From the NCBI GenBank assembly GCA_964016885.1, contig OZ024762.1, forward strand, positions 10,540,001 through 10,604,000: a stretch of DNA of 64,000 nucleotides. Reading direction: 5' to 3'. The stretch is from Eledone cirrhosa (lineage: Eukaryota). Under the pieces are notes generated by a model that worked only from the letters and a program-made list of their open reading frames with translations, made no database searches and was not told the origin of the DNA. Shown piece after piece: positions 40,736 through 53,957 of this stretch. Within the stretch, counting starts at the first letter, position 1. Every line of letters begins with the position of its first letter. The position numbers and the translations under genes were made by a program.

Positions 40736-40737
<2 letters not shown>
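40267..40737 (+). mobile_element. Perfect ~189-bp-arm fold-back element plus tail, with a hammerhead at 40545-40606; family members at 18400-18530 and 31030-31390
   Basis: Arms 40267-40651, axis 40459. Motif TTTTGT CTGAGGA AGG...CCT GAAA TATATA TA ATGAAA TAAA. Flanked by (TA)n. Confidence 0.8.
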
Positions 40738-40781
<44 letters not shown>

Positions 40782-40927
40782 GTATGTATGTAAATTTCAT
40801 GTAAATAAGGGTGAAGTGGTAAACATGAATTGCCGCCAGTTCATTCTATTTAGATTCAATCACATAAAAATTTTGCCAGCCTACAATGGAGTATTCTCGT
40901 CTCTCATATTATACAATACAATCTTAC

Positions 40928-40966
<39 letters not shown>

Positions 40967-41138
40967 ATAATATTTTCGAATCAGCGAGCGAGTTTGAAAT
41001 TATTGTAAATGTAAGCTATCGCCGTATTTTGACTAAAGAAATTAAAGAAATTTCTCCGAGGGTTCTTAACCCCACTATCAGGCAAAAATAATTTCTTTAA
41101 TTTCTTTAGTCAAAATACGGCGATAACTTACATTTATA

Positions 41139-41176
<38 letters not shown>

Positions 41177-41264
41177 AATGGCTTCTATAGGACTAGAACT
41201 GTTTCATTCCGGAGAAATCATCAGGAAACCGACTGTCCAGGTAATGATTGAACCCGGGATAAAC

Positions 41265-41308
<44 letters not shown>

Positions 41309-41566
41309 TGAAACTCTGGTTGATACCTTACCGATAACAATTTAAGGAATACAAATCGTAGAGTGCTTTACATTTAATGCCGGCGGATTATATGATCAAC
41401 CAACTTTCATTAATTGAATTATATATATATATATATATATATATGAAAATTTCGGGTTCCCGACGGCTGAACTCCGGCCGTTTCAACTGCTAGATCCGAA
41501 CTGAATCCAGTAATGGTCTAACTGGTTTTTACCGCCTCCATTCTGATATATATTTATATAATATAC

Positions 41567-41605
<39 letters not shown>

Positions 41606-41752
41606 CACACATGATGTATTTCTGCCCTAAACAGCAAACACTCAGCCGTCCAGCCGTCAGGCAAAAACACATTATGACACCTAAACTCTACTTTCTTAAG
41701 TGTATTGAGCTGAACAATGGTCATTACTAGTCTTGACTAGTAACCACTCCAC

Positions 41753-41784
<32 letters not shown>

Positions 41785-42830
41785 CTATAAGGATAAGGAA
41801 CAAGTATTCAGTGTTGCATCATAACAAATTTAATAACATATTACATATGTTTCACTATCGATCAGTTCGAAGCAAGATCTATCATAGATCGAACCTGACT
41901 CTGTAATCGAAAGGTCGTCAGATATGCTTAGACGAATTCATATACTAAACATATGTGACGACCTTTTGATTATAGAGTCAGGTTCGATCTATAATAGATC
42001 TTGCCTCGAGCTGATCGATAGTGAAACATATGTGATATGTTAAATTTATTATGATGCAACACTGAATCCTTGTTACTTATCCTTATAATATATATCTATA
42101 TATAACTCTCATGCAGGACCCTGTTACTCTGGAGTTTCTCCGCGGCGTTCTACTGTCTTCGCTGACTCTTGAAGAGCAACAAGTCATTGGTTCGGCGTTT
42201 AAGAAACTATTTATCTATTACATGGAGTTCAATACCCATTCTCGCGTTTGGCAACGGTAAACGGATATATATATATATATATGCAAATGTGTGTATGTAT
42301 GTACCTTTATTGAGAACTAACTAAAATTAACTGTATGCATACATACATACATACATGTAATATATATATATATAATACATGTATATAATGTATATATATA
42401 ATGCATATATATATACACATATGTATATAATGCATATATATATACACATATGTATATAATGCATATATACACATGAATATAATGCATATATACACATGAA
42501 TATAATGCATATATATACATATGAATATAATGCATATATATATACATATGAATATAATGCATATATATACATATGAATATAATGCATATATATACATATG
42601 AATAAAATGCATATATATACATATGAATATAATGCATATATATACATATGAATATAATGCATATATATATATATCCGTTTACCGTTGCCAAACGCGAGAA
42701 TGGGTATTGAACTCCATGTAATAGATAAATAGTTTCTTAAACGCCGAACCATGACTTGTTGCTCTTCAAGAGTCAGCGAAGACAGTAGAACGCCGCGAAG
42801 AAACTCCAGAGTAAAAGGGTCCTGCATGAT
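41785..42830. mobile_element. Fold-back element family D (arms ~41785-42090) with tail 42110-42268, and a second inverted tail copy at 42671-42830 around a minisatellite
   Basis: Diverged ~140-bp arms. - strand HHR at 41926-41837: CATAT CTGACGA...GAAA CATATG TA ATATG. Confidence 0.75.
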
Positions 42831-43210
42831 ATATATATATATATATATTACAAGGGTTAACAAAGAATTGTTTGTTAATCTCTTGATAAACTGTCAGATG
42901 TCGTCTGCTCTTGTTCATATTCAGATTTCGTTTTCTTGTATTCCTTACAACATATAATATAATATATATATATATTATTATATGTGATCACACCCATAAA
43001 TTCATAGACAAACATACAAAATATTTATTTAAAAAAATTGAATAAAACTGATTTATTGAAGTCGAAAAGTGTTTCATTCGTTTTTATTCTTTCTTTGTGA
43101 AAAATAAATCGTTTTGGTTCTAATACGATGAAAACAATCAGTAAATTATCTATCTATCTATCTATCTGTCTGTCTATCTATCTGTCTATCTATCTCTCTG
43201 TCTATCTATC

Positions 43211-43390
43211 TAGGCACATTGAATGCGCTCACAGTCCTCTGTCAAGCGGCCACAACAATCAGTGGTGACTCCACTTCGACATTCTATAGAGGGATAATAC
43301 GTTACAAGTACGACGACGAGCTCGGAGAGACTCTGGGCGTCGCAGACGACAAGCTCACCAGTCTGTTCGGCAGGACTTTCCACCCGGGAC
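43211..43390. other. GC-richer exon-like island, strand unresolved
   Basis: Open on both strands (+ ...YKYDDELGETLGVADDKLTSLFGRTFHPG; - SRVESPAEQTGELVVC...CERIQCA*). A TAG acceptor is possible at either end, and - strand AATAAA lies near 43055. Confidence 0.3.
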
Positions 43391-44055
43391 CTAAATATAT
43401 ATATATATAGTGTGTATATATATATATGTGTGTGTGTATATATAAGGACGTAAACAAGAGAAGAAGCCCTTCATCAGCTGTTAACTGCGTTCATAGTTGT
43501 TTCGGCGCTTAAAACAGGACATCGAAATCGATCAGCAGCGCGCCCAAGGCCTCACACACACACACACACACATATATATATAACGTAAACCGGTTTAACC
43601 CCCCCCCCAGCTATTACTGGTACACATTTCTAGCAGAGTATACTGGAGCAACGTGAAATGAAGTATTTTATTCAAGAACACAACACAACCCAGTCCAGGA
43701 ATCGATCCGACGACATTATGATCATAAGTTCAACGCCTTTACCACTATATATATATATATAGTAGCAAGGCTTACCCTTAATCAGTGGTTTGTTACAGAT
43801 GAACGACTGAGGTGAAACTTGAAATACTAATGGGAGAAAACACTGCGATATAGACTTTCCCTAAAACTGTGGATTGGCAGAATCGATAGAGCATCAAACA
43901 AACTATTTTGTGCTCTTTACTTTCTGATATCTAATCCCACTGCGGTCTTTCATCATTCTGAGGTTCATAAAATACAGTACCAGTCAAATTCTGGGTCCAT
44001 ATAATCGAATGTTATTGTTTCCTTTAATTTGTTTAGCCTTGTGCTTACGTTAGAA

Positions 44056-44260
44056 CAGGCATGTCAAACTGGGGGTCACCCGAGCGCCAAATGGGTCACG
44101 TGTTGTCTGAAGGACACACATTACAACTAATATTTTTTATTTTATATTACGCTCGCGCTGTAAAAACCTTTGTGCGGGCCGCGTGTGTGCTTGTAAAGAG
44201 CCGCATGCAGCACACGGGCCGCAGGTGTGCTTGTAAAGGGCCGCATGTTTGACATGCCTT
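44056..44260. mobile_element. hAT-type MITE, 205 bp, 8-bp TSD
   Basis: TIR CAGGCATGTCAAAC / GTTTGACATGCCT; TSD CGTTAGAA at 44048-44055 and 44261-44268. Confidence 0.9.
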
Positions 44261-45465
44261 CGTTAGAAGACAATAGTAACTTCCCCATGGGGCAGTAGAT
44301 TTGAGGAAGCTGCAGAGTCTTGGATAAAATGCTATCGCGGTATTTGTTCTGTCTCTTTACATTCAACTGCCGGACAAATAATCAATCCCGGATTACCTGT
44401 GGAAAATTACGAGGGGAGATGGGGCAATGGGTGACACCCATGAAAACCCTCACAACCCAGTGACTTACCTATTACGAGGTGAGTAAGAGCGAGGGGGGGG
44501 GGGTCTGAAAAATTAATAAGGGAAGTAATAATTGTTTCTACTTTTGGCACAAGGCCAGCAATTATCCCAGTTCATTACTGGTACTTTATTTTATCGACCC
44601 CGTAAGGATGAAAGGCAAAGTTAACCTCGGCGGGATATTAACTCAGATCATAAAGGGCCGTAACTCTATGCTGCAAAGCATGGCGTCCGACCCTCTACCG
44701 ATATTGCCAATCCACCACCCTTAAGCGAAGTAATAATGATTTCTGATTTAAGCACAAGGCCAGCAATTTTTTGGGGGAAGGGAAAGTCGATTAAATCGAC
44801 CCCAGTACATTACTGGTACTTTATTTGATCGACCCCGTAAGGATGAACGGCAAAGTTAACCTCGGTAGGATTTGAACTCAGAATGTAATGAAACAGAACA
44901 GTTAGTGCAAAGCATTTTATCCGAAAAACGCACAGCTATACCTGTTGAATATATACTTAAGTGTGTGTAAGAACTATCTTTATATTTTGATAAAGTCTCA
45001 TGATAGATGAAAGCGCTAAATTTCAAACTGTAAACAGTGTTTTATTTTTACATTATCAAGCTTATACAGGGTGCGGCAAAAATTACCTTCCACATTTTAA
45101 CAGTTTCTCTGATCGAACGACAAGATCCCAGGCGTCATTCGCTTGCCGAGTGGAATGGACCTCGTCAAATCGGACCAAGGAAACAATGTTTCCACTGGTC
45201 TTTCTTTCCATTGCTGATACTAGCTACTGGTTGCAACTCCTGGCAGAAGGAACAACGTGAAATAAAGTGTCTTGCTCTAGGACTCAACGCATCACCTGAT
45301 CCGAGAATTGAACTCGCAATCTCACGATTGTGAATCCAACTCTCTCACCACTTAAGTCACTCGCCTTCACATTGCTTTAACGGTTGATCGTATTAAATAT
45401 GGAAGGTTTTTCTGCCCCACTCTGAACTTCTTCAGTATTTTTTTTCTTTCTATGTTTATCATTTT

Positions 45466-45642
45466 TTATTTGTTTCCTCCTTGGTGTCCATTTTTATTTA
45501 ATGTGGTGGCGTTCATCTGTGTGAAATCACACAATGGGTTATCGATTATTGTTTGGTGAACTTTTATAAAAAATGGAATGTAGGTAAGGTAATCGAAGAA
45601 ATGAATGTAACCGACTGATGGACGACTGAGCTTCCTCAGTAT
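45466..45642 (-). CDS. EF-hand-like uncharacterised protein, last coding exon (ILRKLSRPSVGYIHFFDYLTYIPFFIKVHQTIIDNPL...GNK*)
   Basis: CTCTCATTTCAG acceptor, 177 nt to TAA, phase 0. G.I.F.DYL resembles an EF-hand loop and exit helix. Confidence 0.85.
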   Translation of the reverse strand: MLRKLSRPSVGYIHFFDYLTYIPFFIKVHQTIIDNPLCDFTQMNATTLNKNGHQGGNK

Positions 45643-46234
45643 CTGAAATGAGAGCAAACCCAGAAATATGTAAAAAAAAAAAAAAAAAAAAAAAAATGGG
45701 CCTTAACTACTTGGGGTGCCGTGTAATGATACACGGCATGGTTTGGCTTTTTTTAAAACTGGGTGGATGGACCTCCTCCATCTCTCTAGGCTGTTGGAAC
45801 ACAGCCGATTTGTTCCAAAGAGAGAGAGAGTGAGGGTGAGAGAGGGAGAGAAAGAGAGAGAGAGGGTGAGAAGTAGTGGGAGTGGATAAAGAGAGAGGTA
45901 GAGATAGAAGATAGATAGATAGAGAGAGAAGAAAGAGAGAGGGAGAGTAAAGATGAGTCAACCCCAATACTTGACTGGTACTTGGTACTTTTGTTTTTAT
46001 CGACCTCAAAATGTTGACTTTGGTGGGATTTGAACCCAGAACGCAGTGAACCGGAACAAATGCCGAGGTACCTTCAATCTGCCAATTCACCGTCTTAACA
46101 AACATGTAGTATAGTGTTATTTAAGTGGGGTGGGGTCAATATACTTACAGAAGTTATCCACAAATTATGTTTAATCAAACAAAAAACAATACTCGCAATG
46201 AAAGGGAAAAATCCCATTAACGTTAATGATAATT

Positions 46235-47473
46235 TTTCCACACAGTTGCAGACGACCAAGTTACATTGACAAGGCTTCCACACAGTTTCAGACTACCCAG
46301 TTACATTGACAAGGCTTCCACACAGTTTCAGACTACCCAGTTACATTGACAAGGCTTCCACACAGTTGCAGACCACCCAGTTACATTGACAAAGCTTCCA
46401 CACAGTTGCAGACCACCCAGTTACATTGCCAAGGCTTCCACACAGTTGCAGACCACCCAGTTACATTGACAAGGCTTCCACACAGTTGCAGACGACCCAG
46501 TTACATTGACAAGGCTTCCACACAGTTGCAGACCACCCAGTTACATTGACAAGGCTTCCACACAGTTGCAGACGACCCAGTTACATTGACAAGGCTTCCA
46601 CACAGTTGCAGACCACCCAGTTACATTGCCAAGGCTTCCACACAGTTGCAGACCACCCAGTTACATTGCCAAGGCTTCCACACAGTTGCAGACGACCCAG
46701 TTACATTGACAAGGCTTCCACACAGTTGCAGACCACCCAGTTACATTGCCAAGGCTTCCACACAGTTGCAGACCACCCAGTTACATTGCCAAGGCTTCCA
46801 CACAGTTGCAGACCACCCAGTTACATTGACAAGGCTTCCACACAGTTGCAGACCACCCAGTTACATTGACAAAGCCTCCACACAGTTGCAGACCACCCAG
46901 TTACATTGACAAGGCTTCCACACAGTTGCAGACCACCCAGTTACATTGACAAGGCTTCCACACAGTTGCAGACCACCCAGTTACATTGACAAAGCCTCCA
47001 CACAGTTGCAGACCACCCAGTTACATTGACAAAGCCTCCACACAGTTGCAGACCACCCAGTTACATTGACAAGGCTTCCACACAGTTGCAGACTACCCAG
47101 TTACAGTGACAAAGCTTCCACACAGTTGCAGACCACCCAGTTACATTGACAAGGCATCCACACAGTTGCAGACCACCCAGTTACATTGACAAGGCTTCCA
47201 CACAGTTGCAGACCACCCAGTTACATTGACAAAGCCTCCACACAGTTGCTGACCACCCAGTTTCATTGACAAGGCTTCCACACAGTTGCAGACCACCCAG
47301 TTACATTGACAAGGCTTCCACACAGTTGCAGACCACCCAGTTACATTGACAAGGCATCCACACAGTTGCTGACCACCCAGTTACATTGACAAGGCTTCCA
47401 CACAGTTGCAGACTACCCAGTTACATTGACAAGGCTTCCACACAGTTGCAGACCACCCAGTCACATTGACAAA
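46235..47473. repeat. 40-bp minisatellite, ~31 copies
   Basis: TTACATTGACAAGGCTTCCACACAGTTGCAGACCACCCAG. Confidence 0.97.
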
Positions 47474-47647
47474 GGCTCGGATGAACCCGAGACTTTAGTA
47501 GAGAGAGAGTTATTCATCAAGATATCACACCCAATGAGAACGAACCCGAGATCTGAGGTTTGCAAAGCGAGATTCCTGACCACTTAACCACGACTGCGAC
47601 CAACTCAAGTAGATGTGCTGTGATGAGGAAGGAAAACGGAAGCTGTG

Positions 47648-47691
47648 GTTGCCTGGCAACAACGATTCTTAATGAATCACCAATAGAGGCA
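47648..47691 (+). promoter_or_regulatory. Second X-box with CCAAT and splice donor, inside an intron of the minus-strand gene
   Basis: CGGAAG at ~47637, GTTGCCTGGCAAC at 47648-47660, CCAAT at ~47680, GCA|GTAAGT at ~47691. Confidence 0.35.
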
Positions 47692-47798
47692 GTAAGTAGT
47701 TAGTAGTGGTTAGTAGCAACAGCATTAACATATTAGTATTAATGTCGCCGTAGTAATAGTAGAAGAAGCATTAATAAATGTAACAATAGTAGTATCAA

Positions 47799-47831
<33 letters not shown>

Positions 47832-47834
47832 TAG

Positions 47835-48438
47835 TGGTTTCTTATATAGACACAAGGCCAGCAATTTTTGGGGAGGGGGAAAGTCGATTAAATCGACCCC
47901 AGTGTGTGACTGGTACTTTATTATTTTATCGACCCCCGTAAGGATGAAAGGCAAAGTTAACCTCGGCAGGATTTGAACTCAGACCGTAAAGGGCCGTTAA
48001 AGGGCCGTAACTCTATGCTGCAAAGCATGGCGTCCGACCCTCTACCGATACTACCAATCCACCGCCCTCCAGTAGTAGTAGTAATAATTGTTTCTATGTT
48101 TGGCACAAGGCCAGCAATTATTCCAGTACATTACTGGTAGTTTATTTTATCGACCCCGTAAGGATGAAAGGCAAAGTTAACCTCGGCGGGATATTAACTC
48201 AGATCATAAAGGGCCGTAACTCTATGCTGCAAAGCATGGCGTCCGACCCTCTACCGATATTGCCAATCCACCACCCTTAAGCGAAGTAATAATGATTTCT
48301 GATTTAAGCACAAGGCCAGCAATTTTTTGGGGGAAGGGAAAGTCGATTAAATCGACCCCAGTACATTACTGGTACTTTATTTGATCGACCTCGTAAGGAT
48401 GCAAGGCAAAGTTAACCTCAGCGCGATTTGAACTCAGA

Positions 48439-48440
<2 letters not shown>
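47835..48440 (-). mobile_element. Three tandem SINE-A copies; other SINE-A copies at 14825-15052, 21610-21795, 23730-23910(+), 33920-34440, 38220-38352, 44528-44885, 57970-58120 and 62700-63316
   Basis: Same consensus as 1-1635. Confidence 0.85.
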
Positions 48441-48477
<37 letters not shown>

Positions 48478-48535
48478 GCTGCTGCTGCCGATACTACTGC
48501 TACTGCTGTTGGTGAATCACTTGAATTGGCCTTAC

Positions 48536-48649
48536 CGTGGCTGATTCAGTCCTACTCAGTCTACCAGCAGACAGCTCAACAAACAATGACGTAGAAGTTG
48601 TGACGTCACTCGCTAAAAGGGAGTCACTCTGTGTCAGTTGGAATAATTC
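48536..48649 (-). CDS. EF-hand-like protein exon (ELFQLTQSDSLLASDVTTSTSLFVELSAGRLSRTESAT)
   Basis: TTTCAACAG acceptor and ACG|GTAAGG donor, 114 nt, phase 0-0. Confidence 0.85.
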
Positions 48650-49260
48650 CTGTTGAAATATTACAAAGAACAAAACATTAGGACAGCCATTTTGAAATAT
48701 TTTTGGGGCTGGTGCTGGTAGTGGTGGGAGGGGTATCATCAAATATTTTTCTAGTCTTGGCCCTAGCAGGGGTTGGATACAGACCCTGGGGGGCTTGAAA
48801 GTTCTAGATATCTTACGGGGTCGATGAAATAAAGGCGGAAAATACAACGTTATAGGTCATTTGTGATAGTATATGGCTTATGGGGTAGAGTGTTCGATTC
48901 CTGCTCACTACAGGGAAGAGCGTTGTGTCCTTGAGCAAGACACTTTACTGCACATTGCTCAAGTTCACTCATTTGGAAAAAAATGTCAAATGGTCAGCCT
49001 AATCACACAATGTGTTTCGCTTAATCGCCCAGAGAACTACGTTAAGGATACACGTGCCTATGGAATGTCTGGTTACTTGCACCTTAATTTCACGAGCAGG
49101 CTTGTAAGTTCGAGATATCGTGGCCATTTGTAGCTTATGAATTAAAAAGCTGTGTTCTTTCCCCATAAATCCAGTCACACTTTGGTTCAGGTGGGTTGGT
49201 ATATACCCCATGGCTCCAAAAATAATAAGTGTTGAACTGAACGTGTATCTTGGGTACTGG

Positions 49261-49566
49261 AAGGGTAGGATTTAGACCTTGGAGGGCCCGGGGTACTTCA
49301 GGTTTGGGGGGTCCCTCATACACAAAACATAAGAATACACAGCAACCCTCCTCCCAATTTTACATATCTCGTCACCTTGCCGCAAGTAATTGGAATTGAA
49401 AAGTTATACATACAGGTACTAAATGAAAAACTTCTAACCATCCTAAAACTAAAAAGCCCAGATGAGGGCACAAATAAATTGCTACGGCCGTCGCACGCGG
49501 GGTCCCCACTGCAGGGGACCCGGGGCAATTGCCTCCTCTGTCCCCCTCCCCATTAAATCCGGTTAC
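49261..49566. mobile_element. MITE-like repeat (GGATTTA/TAAATCCGG ends); related copies at ~37330-37597 and 55445-55707
   Basis: Shared CAAGTAATTGGAATTGAAAAGTTATAC...GAGGGCACAAATAAATTGCTACGGCCGTC...TTAAATCCGGTCCTG. Confidence 0.6.
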
Positions 49567-49682
49567 GTTCTGTGGTACACTAAGTTCTGTGTGACAATAA
49601 GTTCAGTGTTACAATAAGTTCTGTGGTACAATAAGTTCTGTGTTACAATAAGTTCTATGTTACAATAAGCAATAAATATTAC

Positions 49683-49752
49683 CTTGCTTCGTTTCAGTTT
49701 AATATCAAATGCTGCATAGTTGGACTTGTCAAGCAGGTTTTGGATAAACGGT
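49683..49752 (-). CDS. EF-hand-like protein exon ((E)PFIQNLLDKSNYAAFDIKLKRSK)
   Basis: TTATTTCAG acceptor and AAG|GTAATA donor, 70 nt, phase 2 to 0. Confidence 0.85.
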
Positions 49753-49993
49753 CTGAAATAATAATAATAATGGTTTATTATATAGGCACAAGACCAGCAA
49801 TTTTACAAACACATCGAGCATTATAATAAATGTTCATTGAATCTATACGTACATATATATATGTGTGCATGTATGTATATATATATACATACTACTGTAC
49901 GTCTGTATACATATATGTATGTCCGTGTACATACTTATATTTAAGTAACAGCCGTACTAAGAGTGGGAAATGAAATTTCGTTTCATTTTTTCC

Positions 49994-50044
<51 letters not shown>

Positions 50045-50049
<5 letters not shown>

Positions 50050-50530
50050 CTCAAACAATCCTAGCAGCTACCCGCCCACATTAATGATCCCCTCTGGCTT
50101 CTCAACATTCTCTACCAGATATTTTGTTTTAGTCTCATTCATTCTCAGTCCCACACTCATCGACACAGTCTCAACCTCCTGCATAAAATCCTCTGCCCCC
50201 TTCACTGTATTTGTCACCAAAACTATGTCGTCGGCAAATTCAGCATCCGATATCTTTTTCGCCTTAACTCTCCAGCTCGAAAGTGACATAGAGGAGACTG
50301 AGGTTAGCTGGACATGCTCACCGACATCCAGAGTTGACATTGCACTCAGTGCTCCTGTGGAAGCCCCTACATGGACACACTGAAAGAGGAAGACCAAGGT
50401 TAACGTATATTGATGCCCTAAGGACAGACACTGGTCTGTTGGAGACGCAGGACATGGCAGCGATAATGAGGGACAGAGACCGCTGGAGAGAACTCGTCCA
50501 TGGATCTCGTGAATTTTACCCGCCCTAGAA
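50045..50530 (+). mobile_element. RTE-like LINE 3' end with inverted RT fragment
   Basis: The - strand at 50262-50050 encodes EFADDIVLVTNTVKGAEDFMQEVETVSMSVGLRMNETKTKYL (YADD-type motif). The + strand at 50270-50530 matches 35960-36243. Confidence 0.8.
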
Positions 50531-50545
50531 ATATATATATATATA

Positions 50546-50610
<65 letters not shown>

Positions 50611-50798
50611 GTACAGTATATGGAAGGAATATATTAGGTTAACGCTTGAAATGACAGGAAGAGGGTCTAAACGTTTCGGACGCATTTTCTTCATCAGAAG
50701 AAAGATAGAGAACTTAGAAAGATTGAAGGGACGGGCAAATCGGAAAAAAATGTTTTTCGAGAAAAATAACAGGTCCATTTATGTTGCCACGCACACAA

Positions 50799-50883
<85 letters not shown>

Positions 50884-51234
50884 ATAAAAAAATACAGGTA
50901 GTATTTTTTTTTTTTTTAGTGACACAATTAGATTTAACAAACAATTATGGGATCTTAACAAAGGAACCTGAATTTCAACTTTAAAGAAATGCATTATTAT
51001 TTAAATAATAGGAGATGATAGATATAATTGTTTCTACTTTAGGCACAAGGCCAGCAATTACCCAGTGCATTACTGGTACGATAGATATAATGGCTTGGAA
51101 AAGTAGTACTTAAATTTTACAATGAAGAAAATAGTTTAACAAAAGAGAAACCTGTTTCTAAACAAGGGCCACCCGAATAATACCAGACACCTCAGCTGCT
51201 GTACATATGTCTGAGTGTCTGTGCATGTGTGTGA

Positions 51235-53142
51235 GTATATACATATATACACATGCACACATGTATATACATATATACACATGCACACATGTATATACAT
51301 ATATACACATGCACACATGTATATACCTATATACACATGCATACATGTATATACATATATACACATGCACACATGTATATACCTATATACACATGCATAC
51401 ATGTATATACATATATACACATGCACACATGTATATACATATATACACATGCACACATGTATATACATATACACACATGCACACATGTATATACATATAC
51501 ACACATGCATACATGTATATACATATATACACATGCACACATGTATATACATATATACACATGCACACATGTATATACATATATACACATGCACACATGT
51601 ATATACATATACACACATGCACACATGTATATACATATACACACATGCACACATGTATATACATATACACACATGCATACATGTATATACATATATACAC
51701 ATGCACACATGTATATACATATATACACATGCACACATGTATATACATATATACACATGCACACATGTATATACATATATACACATGCACACATGTATAT
51801 ACATATACACACATGCACACATGTATATACATATACACACATGCATACATGTATATACATATATACACATGCACACATGTATATACATATATACACATGC
51901 ACACATGTATATACATATATACACATGCACACATGTATATACATATATACACATGCACACATGTATATACATATACACACATGCACATACATATACACAC
52001 ATGCACACATGTATATACATATACACACATGCACACATGTATATACATATACACACATGCACACATGTATATACATATATACACATGCACACATGTATAT
52101 ACATATACACACATGCACACATGTATATACATATATACACATGCACACATGTATATACATATACACACATGCACACATGTATATACATATATACACATGC
52201 ACACATGTATATACATATATACACATGCACACATGTATATACATATACACACATGTATATACATATATACATGCACACATGTATATACATATACACACAT
52301 GCACACATGTATATACATATATACATGCACACATGTATATACATATACACACATGCACACATGTATATACATATACACACATGCACACATGTATATACAT
52401 ATATACACATGCACACATGTATATACATATACACACATGCACATACATATATACACATGCACACATGTATATACATATATACACATGCACACATGTATAT
52501 ACATATATACACATGCACACATGTATATACATATACACACATGCACACATGTATATACATATACACACATGCACACATGTATATACATATACACACATGC
52601 ACACATGTATATACATATATACACATGCACACATGTATATACATATATACATGCACACATGTATATACATATATACACATGCACACATGTATATACATAT
52701 ATACACATGCACACATGTATATACATATATACACATGCACACATGTATATACATATACACACATGCATACATGTATATACATATATACACATGCACACAT
52801 GTATATACATATACACACATGCACACATGTATATACATATATACATGCACACATGTATATACATATATACACATGCACACATGTATATACATATACACAC
52901 ATGCACACATGTATATACATATATACACATGCACACATGTATATACATATATACACATGCACACATGTATATACATATACACACATGCACACATGTATAT
53001 ACATATACACACATGCACACATGTATATACATATATACACATGCACATATGTATATACATATACACACATGCACACATGTATATACATATATACACATGC
53101 ACACATGTATATACATATATACACATGCACACATGTACATAC
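51235..53142. repeat. 28-bp strictly alternating purine/pyrimidine minisatellite, ~68 copies
   Basis: ATGCACACATGTATATACATATATACAC. Confidence 0.97.
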
Positions 53143-53247
53143 ATATTGACACATTTTTGGATGGCCGTAGACTATTACGAGTTCTTCCGCCCTTTGTCAG
53201 GTTTTGTTTTTTCCTGCAGGGTGTCCAATATCACCCCCACCCACTCT

Positions 53248-53309
<62 letters not shown>

Positions 53310-53474
53310 GCTGCCACCATGGAAATATCTATAAGTACATAAGTACAATCCTGCAAAGCTCCCTGTTTATGGGAGCGGCTTGCAATTTACGACTGAAATC
53401 GGTTAAACTATTAGTATGATAAGGCGATACTCGTAGCCTAGCAACCAACTCAAAGGATATTGGTGGACAGAATA

Positions 53475-53957
53475 TGACAAACAGACAGACTGATAAACAA
53501 ACATACTGATAAACAGACAGACTGATAAACAGACAGACTGATAAACAAACATACTGATAAACAGACAGACTGATAAACAGACAGACTGATAAACAAACAG
53601 ACTGATAAACAGACAGACTGATAAACAGACAGACTGATAAACAGACAGACTGATAAACAAACAGACTGATAAACAGACAGACTGATAAACAGACAGACTG
53701 ATAAACAGACAGACTGATAAACAGACAGACTGATAAACAGACAGACTGATAAACAGACAGACTGATAAACAGACAGACTGATAAACAGACAGACTGATAA
53801 ACAGACAGACTGATAAACAAACAGACTGATAAACAGACAGACTGATAAACAGACAGACTGATAAACAGACAGACTGATAAACAGACAGACTGATAAACAG
53901 ACAGACTGATAAACAAACAGACTGATAAACAGACAGACTGATAAACAAACAGACTGA
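53475..53957. repeat. 16-bp minisatellite, ~30 copies
   Basis: AAACAGACAGACTGAT. Confidence 0.97.

Noticed and set aside
51136-53342. 600-700-aa ORFs on both strands
   Set aside because: Translations of a 28-bp RY minisatellite; no real protein content.
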